DNA from: Escherichia phage vB_EcoS Sa179lw
Strand: one strand, 5' to 3'
DNA length: 46,833 nt
Sequence record: NC_054637.1
A program made the position numbers and the translations under genes. A model generated the notes under the pieces. The model did no database searches and had not been told where the DNA came from. It saw nothing but the letters and a program-made list of their open reading frames with translations. Below are positions 41,628 to 46,833 of the stretch, piece after piece; the first letter of the stretch is position 1, and the number at the start of each line of letters is the position of its first letter.

Positions 41628-41906
41628 ATGAAACTATCGCGACGCGGCAAAGAGACGCTTGGAATCACCGATGCCGTGGATATATCGCCTTACATCACCA
41701 CCGAGACGACACAGAATCAGTTTGATGCGCTGACGAGCCTTGCTACTGACATTGGCATTGACGTGTTCCGTAAATCAACGCTTCTGAAGAAGCACAATCT
41801 CCGCTGCTTCTCATGTGCTGTTGCGCATTTCATCGTGTGGGGCGAGAAGACTGGCGACAAAGCAAAACGCAAAGCTGAAAAAGAGGTTTACTGGTATGGC
41901 TATTAG
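41628..41906 (+). CDS. Hypothetical hydrophilic protein, 92 aa, overlapping the endolysin start
   Basis: RBS AGGAGG before ATG 41628; no transmembrane segment seen. Confidence 0.5.
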   Translation: MKLSRRGKETLGITDAVDISPYITTETTQNQFDALTSLATDIGIDVFRKSTLLKKHNLRCFSCAVAHFIVWGEKTGDKAKRKAEKEVYWYGY

Positions 41907-42360
41907 CAAAAACATGAAGGCATTTTTGGATATGCTGGCGTACAGTGAGGGCACGGATAACGGGCGACAGAAAACTAATAATCATGGCTATGATGTGATT
42001 GTTGGTGGCTCACTGTTTACTGACTATTCCGACCACCCACGCAAGCTGATTAGCCTGCCAAATCTGGGTATCAAATCCACTGCCGCCGGGCGCTATCAGG
42101 TGCTGGCTAAGTTCTATGATGCGTACAAAAAGCAGTTGCGCCTGCCTGACTTCTCTCCCGCATCGCAGGACGCTATTGCAATACAGCTAATTCGTGAATG
42201 CAAAGCCACCGCCGATATTGAGGCTGGTCGCATTGCTGATGCTATTCATAAATGCCGTTCCCGCTGGGCCTCACTGCCGGGCGCTGGTTATGGTCAGCAT
42301 GAGCAAAAACTGGATAAGCTGATTCAGGTGTACAAGTCCGCTGGCGGGACGGTCGCATGA
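41896..42360 (+). CDS. R: Endolysin, lambda R-like lytic transglycosylase, 154 aa
   Basis: KAFLDMLAYSEGTDNGRQKT.NHGYDVIVGG.LFTDYSDHPRKL and WASLPGAGYGQ match the lambda R sequence as recalled. Confidence 0.85.
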   Translation: MAISKNMKAFLDMLAYSEGTDNGRQKTNNHGYDVIVGGSLFTDYSDHPRKLISLPNLGIKSTAAGRYQVLAKFYDAYKKQLRLPDFSPASQDAIAIQLIRECKATADIEAGRIADAIHKCRSRWASLPGAGYGQHEQKLDKLIQVYKSAGGTVA

Positions 42361-42596
42361 AAAAGCTAAGCAACTGGCTGCTTGGCCTGTGGATTTCATT
42401 CTGCTCGCTATTGCAGATATGGCCTGAGTCCATGCTTTATGTGTGGGCCATGATGCCGGACGACCTGAAATCTGCGCTGCCACCTTTTGCTGTTAAAGGG
42501 GTCAGTTATTCCGTTATGCTGGCGGCGATTCTTGGCAAGATGCATGCGATGAATAAGGCGAATAAGAGGCTAAAAGATGAGAGTAATGATGCGTGA
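42357..42596 (+). CDS. Candidate holin (two hydrophobic segments, charged C-terminus), 79 aa
   Basis: Hydrophobic segments LSNWLLGLWISFCSLLQIW and VSYSVMLAAILG; ATGA coupling to the endolysin gene. Confidence 0.45.
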   Translation: MKKLSNWLLGLWISFCSLLQIWPESMLYVWAMMPDDLKSALPPFAVKGVSYSVMLAAILGKMHAMNKANKRLKDESNDA

Positions 42597-42718
42597 AATA
42601 CATAAGTCCATAAAGGCGCGAGGTGGTTTTTATTCTGCATATCAGACCACCAAGGGATTGCACCTCATAACCAATTGCATGGCATTCCCACATCTGTGGC
42701 TGGCGGGAGCACTGAAAG

Positions 42719-43210
42719 ATGATGGCAATTCTCACTAAATACTGGCGACCGCTGGCAATTATTATAATTGTCGCTATCTGCGCGCTATGGGTTGTTAACA
42801 AGGTGTCCAGCTATGGTGAGCAGAGATACAACGACGGGTATGCGAAGGCTGTAGCAGAACAGAAGGCCGCAAACAAAAAAGAGGAGCAACGACGCAATGC
42901 AGAACTGCAAAAGATTCAGGCTGACGCACAACAAAGGATTGATGCTGCGCGCAACGATGCTGTCAACGCTGCTGCTAAGTCTGGCAGGTTGCAGCAACAG
43001 CTCGCAAATATCCGCAAGCAGCTTGTCGGATATTCCGCCGCTGAGTTCATTGGCAATCCAGCCGCAGAAACCGGAGTTTTGCTTGCCGACGTGCTCAGCA
43101 AATCTGTCGAAAGAAATCGACAGCTGGCAGATTACGCTGACAGGGCAAGAGAAGCAGGATTAGCGTGTGAGGCGCAGTACAATTCGCTGCGCAATAAAAA
43201 AGCCCCGTAA
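42719..43210 (+). CDS. Rz: Rz-like i-spanin, 163 aa
   Basis: N-terminal TM segment followed by coiled-coil-like Q/A/R/E-rich periplasmic domain; position after the endolysin. Confidence 0.65.
   Translation: MMAILTKYWRPLAIIIIVAICALWVVNKVSSYGEQRYNDGYAKAVAEQKAANKKEEQRRNAELQKIQADAQQRIDAARNDAVNAAAKSGRLQQQLANIRKQLVGYSAAEFIGNPAAETGVLLADVLSKSVERNRQLADYADRAREAGLACEAQYNSLRNKKAP
42942..43163 (+). CDS. Rz1: Rz1-like o-spanin lipoprotein, embedded in the +1 frame of the Rz-like gene
   Basis: Lipobox-like LSLAGC followed by a Pro-rich segment; entirely within the Rz-like gene. Confidence 0.55.
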   Translation: MLRATMLSTLLLSLAGCSNSSQISASSLSDIPPLSSLAIQPQKPEFCLPTCSANLSKEIDSWQITLTGQEKQD

Positions 43211-43228
43211 TGGGGCTTGTGTTTAATT
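43196..43228. terminator. Bidirectional terminator after the lysis cassette
   Basis: Hairpin AAAAAGCCCCGTAATGGGGCTT followed by GTGTTT. Confidence 0.65.
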
Positions 43229-43349
43229 GGCTTGATCTGAGCTTTCTCTCTGCTTCCACATTTGCTTCAGCTGGAAATAAGCATACGCCTCATCACCATC
43301 TTTCGCATTGCGCTCCATTTGCTCACACCATGCTGATGGTTTTGGTGGC

Positions 43350-43655
43350 TCACTCTGCTGGTAATGTTGTTGGCTCATCAACAGATTCCTCGACCGCAGC
43401 TTCAACGATGCGCACCAACGAACACTCAAGGTTCGGCGCATTATAATTGCCAGCCAGAAACAGCACGCTACCAGTGCTAATCAACACCTGTTTTGCGCTT
43501 GCCTGCGACAGATTCTGCACGATGAATTGTGCTGTTTCGGTACCAATTTTTAGCACTGCGCTGCCGTCGCTGTTCAGTGATACCAGTTGTGCGGATGTGT
43601 CAGCGATGTTGGTGTAGTTCGCGTTTCGTTGCGCGATTGTGATGTCTGTGAACAT
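43350..43655 (-). CDS. Hypothetical protein, 101 aa
   Basis: ORF track; ATG lies one nt after the stop of the upstream reading frame. Confidence 0.5.
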   Translation of the reverse strand: MFTDITIAQRNANYTNIADTSAQLVSLNSDGSAVLKIGTETAQFIVQNLSQASAKQVLISTGSVLFLAGNYNAPNLECSLVRIVEAAVEESVDEPTTLPAE

Positions 43656-43656
43656 A

Positions 43657-43877
43657 TTAGCCTCTTACGTTTAATTTGATTTTTCCATCCACGTCGCGTG
43701 ATGCACACTCAACAGTGATTGTTAACTTGGTGATCTCTTCGACGTCTGCATCAAGAATCAAGCGGATGCAACCACCAACTATTCTACCATCCTGATCAAC
43801 AACGCGAATTTTATCATCGACTCTTTCAACGTGGAGCCAGACTTTTTTTCGTCACACCCGTTATTGAGGATTGCCAT
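43657..43877 (-). CDS. Hypothetical protein needing a -1 frameshift at A_AAA_AAG (or containing a homopolymer indel); fused product about 73 aa
   Basis: ATG at 43877 after GGAGAG; frame 0 stops after 32 codons; the -1 frame continues without a start codon to a stop at 43657-43659. Confidence 0.4.
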
Positions 43878-44416
43878 TATTTAATCTCTCCATTCAGTTC
43901 ATTGACAATTAACGTCGCATAGCCAGCAATATCTTTCCAGCTATCATCATATGTCGGGTCGCCATTCAGGATGCGCCCAATCTTGTGCTGAATCATGTCT
44001 AGCGCCTCGCGTTGGCTTGGCGTCAGATTGTGCCACCCATCCACTTCGCGCATCACATCTTTCAGCTCCTGCATGATTTCAGCACCGTCTTTGAACTTAC
44101 CGTATCGACTGCCGCGTTCGGTGATGAGTTGCTCAGTAGTATCAGCTTCCGGCGCGCCAATGCAATCATTGAGGTCTTGTTCGTCGTTGATTGGTTTACG
44201 ATGAGCGATAACCTCATACATATCCATGTCTTCGACAAATTGATTAACGCGACCATTGTTGGCAACATCTTGATATGCGCCATATTTATTCAAGTGCTCA
44301 ACGAAATAATATTTCGAATCAATCAACCTCCCCTTGAGAGTCGCCCAGTCTGGCGCACCATCAAAATCCTTCTCGCAACCTTTCAGGTATTTCCACGCTT
44401 TCATTTCTCTCTCCAC
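43877..44416 (-). CDS. Hypothetical protein, 179 aa
   Basis: ORF track; TAATG coupling downstream. Confidence 0.5.
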   Translation of the reverse strand: MEREMKAWKYLKGCEKDFDGAPDWATLKGRLIDSKYYFVEHLNKYGAYQDVANNGRVNQFVEDMDMYEVIAHRKPINDEQDLNDCIGAPEADTTEQLITERGSRYGKFKDGAEIMQELKDVMREVDGWHNLTPSQREALDMIQHKIGRILNGDPTYDDSWKDIAGYATLIVNELNGEIK

Positions 44417-44625
44417 TTAATCATCTCGCGTCGCGGCATTGTGACGCGGTTGTATTCATCAACATTAAAATTCGCCCTAATCAAATCATACATCTCATCC
44501 TTTGGCATATCAGCCAGTGCCACATAGCAACGGGCAAAGTAGCGAACATCACGGAGTGTTAGCGGCTGTCGCTTCTCCACAATGCTGGTGATAATGTCCA
44601 TCGGCTCTCGTCGTGGTCTTGGCAT
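44401..44625 (-). CDS. Hypothetical protein, about 74 aa
   Basis: ATG at 44625 after AAAGGAG. Confidence 0.45.
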   Translation of the reverse strand: MPRPRREPMDIITSIVEKRQPLTLRDVRYFARCYVALADMPKDEMYDLIRANFNVDEYNRVTMPRREMIKWREK

Positions 44626-44725
44626 ATTTACTACTCCTTTTTCGAAATTATTGTTGACCAATCTACATCATTTAGTCAATACTTATTGACGTAGATTGTA
44701 CCACAACGGAAAAGGTGATGTGGAA

Positions 44726-44923
44726 ATGCGATACAAAGAAATAGCAGCAAGATATCAGAAAGAGGTGCGCGAGGTTATGGAAATACTTAATGTTCGCGAG
44801 GATACCATTAAGTATGTGGAAACTGCCATGTGTTCACTGGCGCTTGAAGCGGAGGTTGCTGGTCGTGAAAAGGCTGACGAACTTATATCTGCGGTGGTTT
44901 ATAGTTCAACCAGTAACTGTTGA
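44726..44923 (+). CDS. Hypothetical protein, about 65 aa
   Basis: ATG at 44726 after AAAGGTGATG. Confidence 0.45.
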   Translation: MRYKEIAARYQKEVREVMEILNVREDTIKYVETAMCSLALEAEVAGREKADELISAVVYSSTSNC

Positions 44924-44983
44924 AGATGAAGGTTACCTGTGCGTTGAGCACGTTGTTATTAAATTCTACGGGAGAAATTACAA

Positions 44984-45178
44984 ATGGCGAATGACGAGCT
45001 GTACGAAAAATCGTTAATCCAGCGACTGAATGAAGTCGAAAGCACTCGCGAATGGCTGGAGCGTGAATTGCGTGAAGTGCGAAACCGCCTGCAACGCAAG
45101 CGTAGTCAGCAGAAAGACATTATTGACTGGTCCGGCGATAAGCCTAAGTTTAATAATATTGGGGAGTGGACGAAGTGA
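44984..45178 (+). CDS. Hypothetical coiled-coil protein, 64 aa
   Basis: ORF track; E/R/L-rich. Confidence 0.45.
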   Translation: MANDELYEKSLIQRLNEVESTREWLERELREVRNRLQRKRSQQKDIIDWSGDKPKFNNIGEWTK

Positions 45179-45489
45179 ATGATTTAAGCGTTGGCGACAA
45201 AGTTGTCATTAGAAATAGATATGGAGTAACCATCTCAAGAATCGTTCGTGAAACGGCTAAGCAATGGATTGTAGAAGGTACAGAGAACGGCAGCGTAAGG
45301 AGATTCAGAAAATCAGACCTTATTGAGATTGGTTGCGATGTGTGGCACATAGTTAGCATATCAAAATGCACTGACGACATAGAGAATGAGATTCGCAAAA
45401 AACAAATAGTCAGGATGATTGAGGTTAAGGGTGACTTAAGCAAGCTACCACTTACTGAGTTAGTTTCTTTATGGGAGAAAGTTAAATGA
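45166..45489 (+). CDS. Hypothetical protein, 107 aa (GTG start)
   Basis: ORF track; overlaps neighbours. Confidence 0.45.
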   Translation: MDEVNDLSVGDKVVIRNRYGVTISRIVRETAKQWIVEGTENGSVRRFRKSDLIEIGCDVWHIVSISKCTDDIENEIRKKQIVRMIEVKGDLSKLPLTELVSLWEKVK

Positions 45490-45731
45490 CAGCACCACAT
45501 ATGCCGATGATGAATGATGAAGGCTTGCTGGAGTGCCCATTCTGCAACAGCCATGAAATCAAGTTATATAACGACGATGGGATGTATTTCGCCATGTGCG
45601 AGTGCGGCTGCTCAAGTGATGTTCACATAACGAAGTTGGCGGCCGCCACCCAATGGAACACTCGCAACGGACGCCTCTACACCGCTGACGATTTCAATCA
45701 GACAGCTGAGGAGCGCGAACATGGACTATAA
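45486..45731 (+). CDS. lar: Lar-family-like restriction alleviation protein (Cys-rich), 81 aa
   Basis: LLECPFCNSHEI ... MCECGCSSDVH ... ATQWNTRNG matches the recalled Lar-family pattern (CPFCG ... second Cys pair ... AWNRR). Confidence 0.55.
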   Translation: MTAPHMPMMNDEGLLECPFCNSHEIKLYNDDGMYFAMCECGCSSDVHITKLAAATQWNTRNGRLYTADDFNQTAEEREHGL

Positions 45732-46209
45732 ATCACAAATCATGCGCGTGATTATCAATCATCCAGGCGCAACTCGCGCATACATTGAGAAGCATTGCGG
45801 AGGAAAGCATTCAAGCACCACAACGCATCGTTTGCATGAGATGCTTGCGCTTGGCTTTATTCGCCGTGAGAAGTCAGTGATTCGTGGTGGCAAGTGGCAG
45901 TACAAGTATTTCATCTCTGATGATGCTGCTGGCATTGATGATGCTATCAGGTGTCACTTGCTGGGCAATGCTGGCTCAGAGGTGAAAGAAATTAGTGCCG
46001 CCACTGGCATTGACTACCGAATCGTGAAAAGCCGCATCCGCATCATGTTCCATAACAGCGATGTTACGCGAAGCTATGACCACCACAAGAAGCTGTGGCG
46101 TTACTCATGGCAGGAGCGGGAAGTAAATGTGAGCAACCTGTTTAATTCACTTCTTCGCAATGCAAGGAGTCATCATGGGGAAAGCCAAGCGCAAGAAACA
46201 AGAGTATGA
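45721..46209 (+). CDS. Putative winged-helix DNA-binding protein, 162 aa
   Basis: wHTH-like segment THRLHEMLALGFIRRE; function tentative. Confidence 0.4.
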   Translation: MDYKSQIMRVIINHPGATRAYIEKHCGGKHSSTTTHRLHEMLALGFIRREKSVIRGGKWQYKYFISDDAAGIDDAIRCHLLGNAGSEVKEISAATGIDYRIVKSRIRIMFHNSDVTRSYDHHKKLWRYSWQEREVNVSNLFNSLLRNARSHHGESQAQETRV

Positions 46210-46351
46210 ACCGCTACCGCCATACGAAATATCAGGCATGCCTCAGCAGGAGGATGTGATTCTCACCGAAGCTGAATGGCGCAAAGTGGCAAGAGTGCAA
46301 ATCATGTTCCGCAAACTTGCCGAGGATGTACTAAATGAGATGGGCTATTAA
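46175..46351 (+). CDS. Hypothetical protein, about 58 aa
   Basis: ATG at 46175 five nt after AAGGAG. Confidence 0.4.
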   Translation: MGKAKRKKQEYEPLPPYEISGMPQQEDVILTEAEWRKVARVQIMFRKLAEDVLNEMGY

Positions 46352-46739
46352 GCATAAATCCGGCAGAACTCTGTTTGTGACATCAGATGAGTTTATTGCC
46401 AATAACCGTAGAAAGATGGGCTGGATAGTGGAGGAAGTGAAGATGACGAGTAGAGAGCGGTTTGAAGAAGAAATGAGCGATAAATATGAGTGGTTCAGTG
46501 ATGCGATCGCTTGTGCTGATTTTTGCGGTGACGATGATGATGGCTACTATGTTGGCGGTGATTATCTCTATTATGGAACTTCATGTTCAGAGGCTTTGTT
46601 CTGGTTATGGCGAGGATGGCAGGCATCGCGAGCGGCTATTCAGATTCAGGCATGCCCATACCCAAACAACCACGGACCACATGTTGATGACTATTACCTC
46701 GACCAAATTAACAACGCAGGCTTAAAGGTAAAAAAATGA
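46335..46739 (+). CDS. Hypothetical protein, 134 aa, with acidic Cys-containing segment
   Basis: ORF track; coupled (ATGA) to the gene at 30-356 via the duplicated end. Confidence 0.5.
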   Translation: MRWAIKHKSGRTLFVTSDEFIANNRRKMGWIVEEVKMTSRERFEEEMSDKYEWFSDAIACADFCGDDDDGYYVGGDYLYYGTSCSEALFWLWRGWQASRAAIQIQACPYPNNHGPHVDDYYLDQINNAGLKVKK

Positions 46740-46833
46740 TTATCCAGTTAAACGACATCATGAAAGCAGACATTATTCAGCTTGAAGATTATGACATGCA
46801 GCTGGCGTTTGAAATTGAAACCGTTGAGCGGCA
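46707..46833. repeat. Second copy of the 127-bp terminal duplication
   Basis: Identical to bases 1-127. Confidence 0.9.

Noticed and set aside
41628-41906. Holin assignment for the gene upstream of the endolysin
   Set aside because: Translation is hydrophilic with no transmembrane segment despite the canonical position
43223-43441. 72-aa minus-strand ORF after the lysis cassette
   Set aside because: Overlaps the terminator hairpin and the 3' end of the neighbouring gene; start ambiguous; not called
44650-44700. Promoter call at the inverted TTGACCAATCTACA / TTGACGTAGATTG pair
   Set aside because: Motif copies are present but no acceptable -10 hexamer at 16-18 bp spacing on either strand; recorded only as motif occurrences

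Overview
The window is a complete, circularly closed genome of a tailed dsDNA phage of about 46.7 kb; bases 1-127 repeat exactly at 46707-46833, so the unit length is 46706 bp. An E. coli-type SSB tail, a lambda R-like endolysin and a HigA homolog point to an enterobacterial host. No integrase or CI-type repressor was seen, so it is probably virulent. All calls rest on reading the supplied ORF translations and the raw sequence by eye; no database search was run, so family assignments are from remembered motifs. Layout: (i) head and tail morphogenesis genes on the + strand (694-22297: scaffold-like, major capsid, neck, major tail, tape measure, minor tail, tail tip, tailspike), interrupted by two minus-strand accessory operons (4811-7209 and 11002-12143); (ii) a minus-strand replication and recombination module (22450-30189: VRR-NUC, SF2 helicase, SSB-like, Gp157-like, Sak4-like ATPase, primase-polymerase); (iii) a control region with iterons and divergent promoters (30190-30850); (iv) rightward small early genes (30852-33484); (v) terminase small and large subunits, an accessory operon with a HigA-like HTH, portal and a head morphogenesis gene (33596-40046); (vi) a minus-strand operon of unknowns, a lysis cassette (lambda R-like endolysin, Rz with embedded Rz1) and further small genes including a Lar-like protein. 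The most notable observations are a truncated beta sliding-clamp homolog, an SSB C-terminal tail encoded in frame directly after the VRR-NUC stop codon, an acidic-protein plus HigA-like HTH operon with acr-aca-like architecture, a recurring ~10-bp motif at early promoters, and an A_AAA_AAG -1 slippery site needed to read through a small minus-strand gene.
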